From Methanobacteriota archaeon (GTDB lineage: Archaea > Thermoplasmatota > Thermoplasmata > SG8-5 > JAGLSY01), in contig JAEHCQ010000001.1 in NCBI GenBank assembly GCA_020696385.1, forward strand, positions 288,001 through 352,000: a DNA stretch of 64,000 nucleotides, written 5' to 3'. The translations under genes were made by a program, and so were the position numbers. The notes under the pieces were generated by a model, which saw only the letters and a list, made by a program, of their open reading frames with translations, ran no database searches and had not been told where the DNA came from. Numbering within the stretch: position 1 is the first letter of the stretch; every line of letters begins with the position of its first letter. Below, one piece after another: positions 53,542 through 62,840 of this stretch.

Positions 53542-54387
53542 ATGAAAAAGGATGTTGAAAATGCTATGGGCGATAATATGGAAAAAGATTCTAGGGCTGT
53601 GGAAAATCCCATATCTTCTATCTTCGATCTATCCGAAGATGTGGCAAAGCAGGCTCCTGTGATCAAGAGCATGGTGAAATACGCATCTGCTTTCATCTTC
53701 ATATGGCTATTTGTTAATTTCATCCTGATGCTGGTCTTTCTGGGTTCTAATTTTCTCTTATTCCTGATAATGGTAGGGGTTTTCATAACTGGTATCATGG
53801 CCATCATACTCCTTCGAAGGATGAGCCGCTTCTTCAAGTATTATGTTGCCAGGCACAGGTCCATAACTGCTGTGAGGGAGATGGATCCAATGGTGTATGC
53901 ACCCAAGGGAAACAATGCTATTGAGAGGTTCATGACATTCCTCAGAGGACATAATAAGGATCTCTATGGCACGAATGTCGAGGTCGCGATGCCCGGGATT
54001 GTACAAGGCCAACTGGGGAAAAGCTACAGCTTTGACACTTATATCAAGGAATCTCCTGGAACCCTATGGAATATCTTCGGTCTGGGAAAACACGGCTTCT
54101 CCATCTATGTGAAATATTTCGATCATTCACCCACTATCAATGAGATCAAGGCTTTCAAGGACGCGGTCGAGGATGTGACTGCCAGGACCAGGGTGCCACC
54201 ATCAAGGGTCGTCGCTCTCTGGGAGAGGAAAGAGGATGAGATCCTGAGTGACGATACTTACAAATTCGTTATGGAAAATATGGTCAAGGGAAAGCATAGG
54301 GTGAGGACATTCGCTTGCTCAATGGAGATCGTTTCCGAGACCGATGGCACTTATGATTTTATTCCATATATGCCGTACTCTGCCTGA
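53542..54387 (+). CDS. Hypothetical membrane protein (2 TM) with possible restriction-endonuclease-like C-terminal fold
   Basis: Two hydrophobic helices. VQGQLGKSYSFD...IYVKYF resembles Mrr-like folds (weak). Confidence 0.6.
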   Translation: MKKDVENAMGDNMEKDSRAVENPISSIFDLSEDVAKQAPVIKSMVKYASAFIFIWLFVNFILMLVFLGSNFLLFLIMVGVFITGIMAIILLRRMSRFFKYYVARHRSITAVREMDPMVYAPKGNNAIERFMTFLRGHNKDLYGTNVEVAMPGIVQGQLGKSYSFDTYIKESPGTLWNIFGLGKHGFSIYVKYFDHSPTINEIKAFKDAVEDVTARTRVPPSRVVALWERKEDEILSDDTYKFVMENMVKGKHRVRTFACSMEIVSETDGTYDFIPYMPYSA

Positions 54388-54429
54388 TGTATTATCAAAT
54401 GCCTCTTGGTTTTTGACATTTCAGTAGCT

Positions 54430-54825
54430 TCATTTTGAAAAATCGAACCAATAAGGCATTTTACGAAACCTATAATGATCCTTTATCTGCTCTCTGTAAA
54501 GCTCCTTGTAAAACTCATTGAACTTCCTGGCATGAAGCACACCTTCCCTGGTTATGAAGATCTTGTACCTGCCATCCACCTTCTCCATCTTGATAAAACC
54601 ATCTTCCAGAAGTGCCTGGATGACCTTTTCCGTCATGTAATGATTGGAGCGAATTTCATGCTTGATATCTTCCTTGGACAGGGGGTGTGTGAACTCCTCA
54701 AGAAGCATGTCCAATTTTTCTTCCAATCCTGTCTGATAAAGGTCTATGCCCAGCTCGGATACCAGGCGATTGAGAACAAAACAAGAATATATCTTTGAAT
54801 CCTTGTATCTTCTCTCTTCGGGCAT
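54430..54825 (-). CDS. Winged helix-turn-helix protein
   Basis: LSKEDI...LLEDGFI....GRYKIFITREG wing pattern. Confidence 0.65.
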   Translation of the reverse strand: MPEERRYKDSKIYSCFVLNRLVSELGIDLYQTGLEEKLDMLLEEFTHPLSKEDIKHEIRSNHYMTEKVIQALLEDGFIKMEKVDGRYKIFITREGVLHARKFNEFYKELYREQIKDHYRFRKMPYWFDFSK

Positions 54826-54905
54826 AACCCTTCAATGACATGCTTCGATAAAAGGATTATGGAATCATTTATTGAATATCTCCAAGCTTTATCATTTGGA
54901 AGACC

Positions 54906-55691
54906 TCATTTCAATTTCTTGACCCTTTTGCCTATCATCTTTTTGATATCTTCATAGGATGGGGGTGGCCCCTTTTGAGCGACCTTACCATCAATATACA
55001 CGGCATCCAGTATTCCCCATTCATGGAAGGTCGCCATATTGAAAGTATCGATTTCCTGAAAATCCACTTTATCACCGAATTCAACCGCCGCCCGCTTAGC
55101 TCTTTCAAAAACGATATTACTGGCTGGACACCATCCATTCTTGAATGCCATCACCGTGACCTTTCCTGGATCGGTCCGTGGCTTTTTCACCTGCTTGACC
55201 CATTTTGGAGGTTTCGCATCATCCGTGAAAGGCTTCCACAAGAGCACCGCCATGCCATCCTTGTCAACCGCCTTGTATCCCTGCTTCTTGAACCAACTGG
55301 CCTTCATCCAGAAAGGCATTGACACACCCCAGGCCGCAATACCCTTTGCGCCCTTCTGCATAGCATCTTCCTCGGCAGCTTTCAAAAGAGCCTTTCCCAT
55401 GCCCTTCTTCTGAAAATTTCCACGTCCTTCTTTGTAGCCATGGACCCAGACACACAAGATGAAGTAAAGATCATTGCCTTCGACATGAGATCTCTCGATC
55501 GGTAGATACTGGATCATTCCACCAATATTCTCCTCATCATCGGTGGCAAGCTTTGCCATGAAACCGGAATCCCTCATATTATTCAACCATTTTTCTTTGT
55601 GATTCCCAGATTCTTTCATCTCCTCGCTCCAGTCTTCAAGGCAGTTGCAGAACAGTTCTTCATGCTCAGATGATAGGTCAATGATCTTCAT
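54906..55691 (-). CDS. GNAT acetyltransferase with C-terminal thioredoxin-like/YoaP-like domain
   Basis: GMIQYLP, FQKKGMGKALL, NGWCP and VYIDGK....GPP motifs. Confidence 0.8.
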   Translation of the reverse strand: MKIIDLSSEHEELFCNCLEDWSEEMKESGNHKEKWLNNMRDSGFMAKLATDDEENIGGMIQYLPIERSHVEGNDLYFILCVWVHGYKEGRGNFQKKGMGKALLKAAEEDAMQKGAKGIAAWGVSMPFWMKASWFKKQGYKAVDKDGMAVLLWKPFTDDAKPPKWVKQVKKPRTDPGKVTVMAFKNGWCPASNIVFERAKRAAVEFGDKVDFQEIDTFNMATFHEWGILDAVYIDGKVAQKGPPPSYEDIKKMIGKRVKKLK

Positions 55692-55786
55692 TGGATGATG
55701 ATGTGTTTCCGGACTTAATAGTCTTTTGAATGGGGAAAGATATTAGAAAGTGGAGGCAATCTATGACCTATATTGGAGTTGAAATA

Positions 55787-56014
55787 ATGGAAATACATGA
55801 CAGAGTTGAAGCAGCCCTGGAAAAGGTAAGACCCGGATTGATGATGGATGGCGGAAATGTCGAGCTTGTCGAGGTAACTGACGATAATATCGTCAAAGTG
55901 AAACTTGTCGGAGCTTGCGGTGGCTGTCCAATGAGCCAGATGACCCTGAAAATGTTCATCGAAAAGGTTGTCAAGGAAAATGTTCCAGAGATCAAATCAG
56001 TAGAGAATATATAG
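55787..56014 (+). CDS. NifU/Nfu-type Fe-S cluster carrier
   Basis: VRP.LMMDGGNVE, GACGGCP.S.MTLK. Start is uncertain (55763 or 55787). Confidence 0.9.
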   Translation: MEIHDRVEAALEKVRPGLMMDGGNVELVEVTDDNIVKVKLVGACGGCPMSQMTLKMFIEKVVKENVPEIKSVENI

Positions 56015-56099
56015 GATTAATTTTCCATTTATTCAATTGGAGCATAAGCTAATATCGATAGATATGTACATTTATCATTATCATTTCTCATAATTGACA

Positions 56100-56462
56100 T
56101 TATACATCATTCATCAATTTCTTCAGCTTCCTGTAGAATTCTTCCTCATCTATTCGGCCTTCTGAATAATATCTGTAAAGTTCCTTTGTGGCCTGCTGTC
56201 TCAGATGGATCGCTCCAACAAAGACCACGATAGCCATTATTCCAAAGGATAATAGGGATATGATCCCCCCTATCCTTCCAGGGGTCAATTCCCATGATGG
56301 CTCACTGGTCTCTTCAATAGGTGTTCTCATAAAAAACCCCTCCTCTTCTACATTCTCCTGCGGCATTGGCATCATCAGATACATGCCAAGCAGGAATATC
56401 ACTGTACATCCGATCGCTGCTAAAGCGAATAGTATAGATCCTTTCTTCATCTCTATCACCAT
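56100..56462 (-). CDS. Small membrane protein with C-terminal SHOCT-like motif
   Basis: Two TM helices; LYRYYSEGRIDEEEFYRK. Confidence 0.7.
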   Translation of the reverse strand: MVIEMKKGSILFALAAIGCTVIFLLGMYLMMPMPQENVEEEGFFMRTPIEETSEPSWELTPGRIGGIISLLSFGIMAIVVFVGAIHLRQQATKELYRYYSEGRIDEEEFYRKLKKLMNDV

Positions 56463-56472
56463 AACCTACTAT

Positions 56473-56527
56473 AGTGGTCAAAGTTCATAACCAAAATGAG
56501 GAAAAATGACCACTTACTGGTCACTTT
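56473..56527 (+). repeat. Left 55-bp inverted repeat
   Basis: 48/55 match to the reverse complement of 62316-62370; outer 19 bp identical; contains TGACCA-N5-TGGTCA (56507-56523). Confidence 0.92.
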
Positions 56528-56581
56528 CACCCTACTCCCCCCTGTTCTTATTCTTATACCTCGGACGACTATCTTTACATA

Positions 56582-57805
56582 ATGGTGACATTAGATAAGA
56601 TAGTCCGATTGGCAAATGAAGGCCAATTCGATTCTTCTGGCCCGAAGATCTATGACCTGAACAATATCAATATGCAGAAGGTCAAGACACTGGGTGAGGG
56701 GACGAAACATGATATCTGCGCATCCACAGCATCAAAGCGGCAGGTGGCGGATGTCTCGGGCAGAATAGGAGATGTGGTGAAAGCTGGAGTATGCCATGCT
56801 TTCACTCCTGATGGTCGTTGTGTAGGGATGTTCAAGACCCTTTTCACGAACGCGTGCCAGCATGAATGTAAATATTGTCCAAATGCCACATTGAGCCATC
56901 GCCCGAAGATCCAGAAATACACACCTGAAGAATTGGCCAAGCTCACGCTCATGCTTTATCGCGGCAATTATGTAGAGGGTCTTTTTTTGAGTTCCGGTAT
57001 TGCTGGCAATGAGGATCAGACCATGGAGGATATGATCGAATCCGTTAGACTTCTCAGAGAGAAATATAGTTTCCAGGGTTACATTCATATGAAGATCCTC
57101 CCGGGCGCGTCCTATGAGCATATCAAGCAGGCCAGTGAGCTTGTGGATCGTGTCAGCATAAATATTGAAACACCTTCGAAATCATACATGAGCGAACTCA
57201 GCTCGACCAAGGATTATGACAATGATATTCTTCAGCGTCAGAAGTACATTCGCCATAATATTGGCAAGGGTCGATTTCCCGCTGGCCAGACAACCCAATT
57301 CATCGTAGGAGCGGCACAGGAAACTGACAAAGAGATATTCAAATCCATGCTGAATGAGTATGAGGAGATGGAGGTGAAAAGATCATATTTTTCAGCATTC
57401 AATTCAGTGAAGGGGACGGAGCTGGAGAACACGCCATCACAACCCCAATGGCGTGAGAATAAACTGTATCAAGTGGATTGGCTGCACAGGATATACAAGT
57501 TCCAGAATAAGGAGATAGAGCATGCCTTTGATGAGGATGGATTCCTTTTCAATAAGGATCCGAAACTGTCCATCGCTCTCAATATCATAGACTCAGCCAT
57601 AGATCCGAACGAGGCCACCCAGGAACAGCTTTTGAGAATTCCTGGTATTGGCCCAAAGAGCGCGTATGGCATACTGAAATTACGAAAAAGAGAAAGGATA
57701 TGGAAAAATGAGCAACTGGCTCGAATCGGGGTGGTGACCAAACGAGCCAGGTACTTCTTGAAATTGAACGGGTGGGAATACTCCTCGCTGGAGGATTGGT
57801 CATGA
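56582..57805 (+). CDS. Putative DNA modification/repair radical SAM protein (TIGR03916-like) with HhH motif
   Basis: GVCHAFTPDGRC, CQHECKYC, EGLFLSSG, GYIHMKILPG, AGQTTQFIVGA, RE.KLYQ.DWL.RIY and LLRIPGIGPKSA motifs. Confidence 0.92.
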   Translation: MVTLDKIVRLANEGQFDSSGPKIYDLNNINMQKVKTLGEGTKHDICASTASKRQVADVSGRIGDVVKAGVCHAFTPDGRCVGMFKTLFTNACQHECKYCPNATLSHRPKIQKYTPEELAKLTLMLYRGNYVEGLFLSSGIAGNEDQTMEDMIESVRLLREKYSFQGYIHMKILPGASYEHIKQASELVDRVSINIETPSKSYMSELSSTKDYDNDILQRQKYIRHNIGKGRFPAGQTTQFIVGAAQETDKEIFKSMLNEYEEMEVKRSYFSAFNSVKGTELENTPSQPQWRENKLYQVDWLHRIYKFQNKEIEHAFDEDGFLFNKDPKLSIALNIIDSAIDPNEATQEQLLRIPGIGPKSAYGILKLRKRERIWKNEQLARIGVVTKRARYFLKLNGWEYSSLEDWS

Positions 57806-57842
57806 AATTAATGAGTAATATGAATTTCATGGAGTTGGTAAT

Positions 57843-58436
57843 TTGATAAGCCATGTGCCAAACGAATTTCTTCAGTATCTCAAACTTCACAAGGACTGCT
57901 CCCCATCACTAATGAACAAAGCATCTGGCCTATGTTCGCAACAGCTGGATGTTTCTACAGATTTGGAGCATATCAGGATAAGGAAAATGGTGAATAGCGT
58001 ACTGACGGAGATACATCTCATGAGGGCTTTCGTGCGGCTTTCCCCCATCGGTGAGAAGGTGCTTTACGGTTATATCAAGCCCAAGCATGACATCGTTCCA
58101 AGGGTGGGATATTTTCTTTCCAGGAGATTCCCGAACACGATAATCATACTGGGAAACAATACCAGAAGCTGGATATCCATCAATAATAATGGCAAGACCA
58201 CCAGATCCAAGGGCGGTCCACTGTCCGAAACAGTGGAGCGCGTTAAGGATCAGATGGCGGATAATAAAGAGGCAGATACTGAAGACCTGTGGAAAACATA
58301 CTATTGGAGCCAGTACATCGATGATAGAAGGAATGTCAAGTATCACAAGAAGAATATGCCCAAAAAACACATGGATGCGACCGGTATCAAAGTGGCTAGA
58401 AATCAAAACAAAATAACATTGGATGATTTTGAATAG
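57843..58436 (+). CDS. DUF4130 / TIGR03915-like partner protein
   Basis: EIH.MRAFVR, P.HDI, F.RRF, LWKTYY.S....R.N......MPKK; usual position after the rSAM gene; TTG start. Confidence 0.82.
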   Translation: MISHVPNEFLQYLKLHKDCSPSLMNKASGLCSQQLDVSTDLEHIRIRKMVNSVLTEIHLMRAFVRLSPIGEKVLYGYIKPKHDIVPRVGYFLSRRFPNTIIILGNNTRSWISINNNGKTTRSKGGPLSETVERVKDQMADNKEADTEDLWKTYYWSQYIDDRRNVKYHKKNMPKKHMDATGIKVARNQNKITLDDFE

Positions 58437-58472
58437 GCCTAAATTCTAATACGATGCACACTTGTAGATAAT

Positions 58473-59309
58473 ATGATGAAAGGAAAGGTAGTTATCATAA
58501 CGGGAGCCACGTCCGGCATAGGAAAGGAGACCGCCCTCAGCCTGGCAGAGATGGGAGCTACCATCGTTATAGCGGCCCGGAATATCGAAGCTGGAGAGAA
58601 GGTCAAGAAGGAAATAATCCAAGCCACCAAGAACAACAATATCGATTGCTTTCAATGTGATCTGACCTCCCTGGATTCAGTAAGGGAGTTCTGCGATAGT
58701 TTCAAAGAAAAATATGAACGTCTTGACGTACTCATCAATAATGCTGGCACTTGGGATTTTGAAGGAAGAAAAGAAAGCAAAGACATGATAGAGAATATCT
58801 TTGCAGTGAACTTTGTAGCTCCTTTTCTCATGACCCATATTCTTATTGATATGCTAAAGAAAAGTGCTCCATCCAGAATTATCAGTCTTTCTTCGGGCCT
58901 TCATACGGGCACGATAAACTTTGATGATATCGAGTTCAAAGAGGACTGGTCCGGGTTCAAGGCCTACCGCCAATCTAAATTAGCGATCATCCTTTTCACA
59001 AGGAAGCTGGCCAATGATCTTAAAGATGCGAGTGTGACGGTCAATTGCATCCATCCAGGAATGGTATCGACCAAACTGGGAAGAGATGCTGGAGGGGTTT
59101 CAAAATTGTTCTTCAGGGTATTCGGCAAAAAACCCAAGGTTGGAGCAGAGACATCCATCTACCTTGCCAGTTCTCCAGATGGAGGAACGATCACTGGTGA
59201 ATATTGGTACAAATGCAAGGTGGGCAAGGCATCGGATGAATCCATGGATCTGGAGGCCGCTGAAAGATTGTGGAAGGTTGGATTGGATTATATTGGAGCT
59301 GTGAAGTAA
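58473..59309 (+). CDS. SDR oxidoreductase (retinol-dehydrogenase-like)
   Basis: TGATSGIG, LINNAG, YRQSK and HPGMV motifs. Confidence 0.92.
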   Translation: MMKGKVVIITGATSGIGKETALSLAEMGATIVIAARNIEAGEKVKKEIIQATKNNNIDCFQCDLTSLDSVREFCDSFKEKYERLDVLINNAGTWDFEGRKESKDMIENIFAVNFVAPFLMTHILIDMLKKSAPSRIISLSSGLHTGTINFDDIEFKEDWSGFKAYRQSKLAIILFTRKLANDLKDASVTVNCIHPGMVSTKLGRDAGGVSKLFFRVFGKKPKVGAETSIYLASSPDGGTITGEYWYKCKVGKASDESMDLEAAERLWKVGLDYIGAVK

Positions 59310-59310
59310 T

Positions 59311-59898
59311 ATGGAGATAACAGAGACATTCTATGCAAAGAACCGCAAAGAATGGCGGAATTGGCTAGAGACCAATCATGATTCCAAAAAGGAGATTTGG
59401 TTGATCAGATACAAGAAGCATACTGGAAAGCCAGTGGTGAGCTATGATGATTCCGTAGAGGAAGCATTGTGCTTTGGATGGATCGACTCCACTGTCAAAA
59501 GAGTTGATGATGAATATTATGTCCAGCGTATAACTCCAAGAAGAATGAAAAGTATCTGGTCAGTCCCAAACATCAAGCGGGTGAGGAAGATGTTGGACGA
59601 AGGCTTGATGACAGAACATGGGCTGGCCAAAATACCGGATGAGGTGATGGAAGCTGCTAAGACTGGCAATGTAATATCGTCGCAGACCGTGATACCAGAT
59701 GAGATACCGATGATTCGGGAGCTTGAAGAAGCACTGGCCGATAATAAGAAGGCCAGTGATACCTGGGACTCGCTGACACCGTCCCTGAGAAAGCGATATA
59801 TATACTGGATAAATGATGCAAAGAGGGATGAGACCCGCATTCGGCGTATCGATAAGTTGGTCAAAATGCTGGAAGATGGGAAACAAGAGTTGATGTGA
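59311..59898 (+). CDS. YdeI/OmpD-associated family protein
   Basis: WRNWL..NH, EALCFGWIDS, TPRR..S.WS and AKRDETR..R motifs. Confidence 0.9.
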   Translation: MEITETFYAKNRKEWRNWLETNHDSKKEIWLIRYKKHTGKPVVSYDDSVEEALCFGWIDSTVKRVDDEYYVQRITPRRMKSIWSVPNIKRVRKMLDEGLMTEHGLAKIPDEVMEAAKTGNVISSQTVIPDEIPMIRELEEALADNKKASDTWDSLTPSLRKRYIYWINDAKRDETRIRRIDKLVKMLEDGKQELM

Positions 59899-59902
59899 TA
59901 TT

Positions 59903-60460
59903 ATGACAGGCGAACCAATGATCGTGCCCGATATTCAAACAGAGAGAATGACACTTCGCCAGCTGACAGAAGATGATATGGATTTCATCTTCGACATGTT
60001 CAGCAGGCCGGAGACCAACCTGTATGTGGCGGATGATGATGTCAAGACCATGGAGGAAGCCGTGGAACTCTACGAGACCTTCATCAAACCAAAACCATAC
60101 CTTTTCAGACTGGGCATGGTGTTGAAAGAAGATGGCAATCTCATCGGAACCCTGGGCTTATATGGAATAAACATTGAAGATAGAAAGGGGAAGTTGGGAG
60201 TCGATCTCTTCAAGGAGCATTGGGGAAAAGGATTGATGAGCGAGGCCGTGCAGGCTCTGATACGATACGGGTTCGAGGAAATGAATTTGAACAGGATAGA
60301 GGCCTCGGCAGACCCGGGTAACCACAGATCTCTCAACCTCATCAAGAGAACTGGCATGGTCAAGGAAGGCGTGAAGAGGCAGGTGGATTGGTATGAGGGG
60401 AGATTCCACGATGATGTGTTATTTTCCATACTTCGAGAAGAATGGCAAGCTCGTAATTAA
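59903..60460 (+). CDS. GNAT acetyltransferase, RimJ/RimL-like
   Basis: TERMTLR, WGKGLMSEA and LNRIEA...N..S motifs. Confidence 0.9.
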   Translation: MTGEPMIVPDIQTERMTLRQLTEDDMDFIFDMFSRPETNLYVADDDVKTMEEAVELYETFIKPKPYLFRLGMVLKEDGNLIGTLGLYGINIEDRKGKLGVDLFKEHWGKGLMSEAVQALIRYGFEEMNLNRIEASADPGNHRSLNLIKRTGMVKEGVKRQVDWYEGRFHDDVLFSILREEWQARN

Positions 60461-60463
60461 AGA

Positions 60464-61084
60464 TCAAACCTTACCCCAGATGAACTTCCTGGCTCCATCG
60501 TCTGGAACAGTGGCGATGAAGGCATATAGGTTTCTCTTTTTTAGGTCTGGTAGGTCACCGATCTCCAATATCTTCCTTACAAATTTCAGAGCCGCGTAGA
60601 ATCTTGTTGTAAGCTCTTGTTGATGGTACTCATCCGCTCTCCTCGAACTGGTGATGATCGCGGCAAATATCTTGGGAGATCTGGCACTGTTCACCATCAG
60701 GAGTTTGGTAAGGTCCTGGGCGATCAGTCTTTCATCGTACATTCTCGGACCCTTCCATTCGACAAATATCGGAACATTATCCCTTATCACGAAATCAAAA
60801 TTACCAGCCTGTCCTCTATTCAGAGCAGCTCGTTGCGTTGTCTTCGGCCTGCCCAATCCGAATTCTTTCCAGGCATACTTCACAAGGGTCGGATGATTGG
60901 GTATGAGCATGGGTCTTTTCCACACATCGACCCCTTCCATCTCATAGTGCTTTGAAACATAATGCGAGAACTGGTGATGGAAATATTCTTCATTCAGTAT
61001 CAGTCCTCTCTTTCCAGCTCTGACGGTCTCTTCAGTATTGTCCAGTATCTGGTCAAAGATGGATTGTATGTCTCTTATCCTCAT
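60464..61084 (-). CDS. Hypothetical protein with possible PD-(D/E)xK nuclease fold
   Basis: LNEEYF helix, GNFDFVI...FVEWK and QDLTKL; antisense to its neighbours. Confidence 0.55.
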   Translation of the reverse strand: MRIRDIQSIFDQILDNTEETVRAGKRGLILNEEYFHHQFSHYVSKHYEMEGVDVWKRPMLIPNHPTLVKYAWKEFGLGRPKTTQRAALNRGQAGNFDFVIRDNVPIFVEWKGPRMYDERLIAQDLTKLLMVNSARSPKIFAAIITSSRRADEYHQQELTTRFYAALKFVRKILEIGDLPDLKKRNLYAFIATVPDDGARKFIWGKV

Positions 61085-61181
61085 GATATCACTGTCCCCT
61101 GTGACTATATGGCAATATTATTATTAAATCATACCGAAGCGATTCAATAAACTCTTTATCACATTACTACAATCACAACCC

Positions 61182-62231
61182 ATGGTCCAGGATTTCAAAT
61201 GCCAAAGCTGTGCCGCTCCCCTCAAATTCGATCCCAGTGAGAAAGGATTGAAGTGTGAATATTGTGGGTCCACAGAGGTCATCATGGTTGAGAGAAAGGC
61301 CATTCTGGAACATGACCTTTTTTCTGCCCCAGCCAACATTGGCTGGGGCACGAATACCAAGAGCATCACATGCGAATCCTGCGGAGCGAAGACATCGGCC
61401 GATCTGAAGATATCCGGGAATTGCGCCTTTTGTGGTTCCAATTTTGTCAAGGAATTGGAACCAGATCCAAACCTGATAAGGCCAGAGAGTTTGATACCCT
61501 TTTCAATAGAGAAGGACAATGCACTGTCTCTTTTCAAAAAATGGCTGGGTAAGGGATTTTTCCGTCCATCCAATCTAAAAAAGCTTGGTAGACTGAAGAA
61601 CATACATGGTATCTACATCCCCTTCTGGACATATGATTGTAATGCCCACTCAAATTGGACTGCCATGAGCGGTTATCATTACTACGTCACCGAGACCTAT
61701 AGGACAGATGAAGGAACAAAGACCAGACAGGTTCGAAAGACGAGATGGGTTCCATCGAATGGGAGAAGGCAGGGATTTTACAATGATGTTCTCGTGCCAG
61801 CTTCCAAAGGTCTGGATCATGATCTTGCAAGTAAGATATATCCATTCCATCTCCAACAATTGACACCGTACAAGTCTGAATTCCTCGCAGGCTGGATGGC
61901 CGAGGAATATGCAATATCATTGCCTGAAGGATGGCTGGTCGCACAGAAAAAGGTTCGAAGTTCAGAATACTCCGAATGCTCCAGAGATGTCCCAGGCGAC
62001 ACGCATACAGGGTTAAGCGTACACACGACCCTGACTGATCCAAAATACAAGCATGTTCTACTCCCTGTCTGGGTCGCCTCCTATCATTATAAGAAAAAAC
62101 TTTATCATTTTCTTGTCAATGGACAGACTGGAGAGGTACAGGGCGAGGCTCCGATATCTTGGCTCAAGGTCGCAGCTGTGATCCTTGCTGTAGCGGGTGT
62201 GGTCATGACTATCTGGCTATTATCGAATTGA
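61182..62231 (+). CDS. Zinc-ribbon protein with C-terminal TM helix
   Basis: Four CxxC motifs, P..LIPF, YIPFWTYD, LLPVW and VNGQTGEV.GEAP.S..K; C-terminal TM helix. Confidence 0.82.
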   Translation: MVQDFKCQSCAAPLKFDPSEKGLKCEYCGSTEVIMVERKAILEHDLFSAPANIGWGTNTKSITCESCGAKTSADLKISGNCAFCGSNFVKELEPDPNLIRPESLIPFSIEKDNALSLFKKWLGKGFFRPSNLKKLGRLKNIHGIYIPFWTYDCNAHSNWTAMSGYHYYVTETYRTDEGTKTRQVRKTRWVPSNGRRQGFYNDVLVPASKGLDHDLASKIYPFHLQQLTPYKSEFLAGWMAEEYAISLPEGWLVAQKKVRSSEYSECSRDVPGDTHTGLSVHTTLTDPKYKHVLLPVWVASYHYKKKLYHFLVNGQTGEVQGEAPISWLKVAAVILAVAGVVMTIWLLSN

Positions 62232-62315
62232 TGCTCCTCCTTCTTTATCATATATCATAATATGATCATTGTATTATGATTCAATGATACTACTGGCATA
62301 TATTTTTGATTCTGA

Positions 62316-62370
62316 AAAGTGACCATAAAGTGGGGATTTTTGCTCAATTTAGTTATGAACTTTGACCACT
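62316..62370 (-). repeat. Right 55-bp inverted repeat
   Basis: Reverse complement matches 56473-56527 at 48/55 positions. Confidence 0.92.
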
Positions 62371-62417
62371 CTATTTAGTATTAGACTTCGGGAAAAGGGG
62401 TCTAGGATGTGAAAAAA

Positions 62418-62546
62418 ATGAACTACAATAAAAAAGTCGTGCAGGCATTGAGAAAGGTTGGCCGAACGGTCAGATCAGAGCTAACAGCAGCAGAAAGAGC
62501 GAGCCCAGCTGTATTGAGACATGTGGCAGCCCACTGGGGCGGTTGA
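62418..62546 (+). CDS. Micro-ORF 1 (42 aa, basic)
   Basis: MNYNKKVVQALRKVGRTVRSELTAAERASPAVLRHVAAHWGG; GGATGTGA SD-like element upstream. Confidence 0.5.
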   Translation: MNYNKKVVQALRKVGRTVRSELTAAERASPAVLRHVAAHWGG

Positions 62547-62571
62547 TCAGGAAGATGATGGAGGTAAGAAC

Positions 62572-62691
62572 ATGATAAAAATATTGATAGATGCGATACA
62601 CAAATCTGTTAAGGACGATGATACAGTTGGAAAAGACAAGAAAATAAGCCCTTCGCTCAATTGCATCCCTCTTTACGATAGAGCAGTATAA
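62572..62691 (+). CDS. Micro-ORF 2 (39 aa)
   Basis: MIKILIDAIHKSVKDDDTVGKDKKISPSLNCIPLYDRAV; GGAGGT SD 6 nt upstream. Confidence 0.55.
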   Translation: MIKILIDAIHKSVKDDDTVGKDKKISPSLNCIPLYDRAV

Positions 62692-62708
62692 AGTGGGAGA
62701 GTGCCAAG

Positions 62709-62840
62709 ATGATCGTAACAGTAAAACATGACCTTTATGCTGATCTTCAGAGGATCGAGAATAGGGGGAAAAAGAATGCAAAGAAATTTTCTATCCTCAA
62801 TATCCTGAGCAGATCTAAAAGAAGAACTGGAGGGAGATAG
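62709..62840 (+). CDS. Micro-ORF 3 (43 aa, basic; similar to the N-terminus of the 63759 ORF)
   Basis: MIVTVKHDLYADLQRIENRGKKNAKKFSILNILSRSKRRTGGR; GGGAGAG SD; motif shared with 63759. Confidence 0.65.
   Translation: MIVTVKHDLYADLQRIENRGKKNAKKFSILNILSRSKRRTGGR

Larger units (their letters stand above)
56473..62370. mobile_element. Candidate transposase-free cargo element bounded by inverted repeats (alternative: duplicated promoter/operator)
   Basis: 55-bp imperfect inverted repeats, with CTAT directly outside both ends (56469-72 and 62371-74). No transposase recognised inside. Confidence 0.4.

Noticed and set aside
61182-62231. Primosomal protein N' (PriA) or TFIIB call for the Zn-ribbon protein
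   Set aside because: Only the CxxC ribbons resemble these; there are no helicase or cyclin-fold motifs, and it has a C-terminal TM helix.
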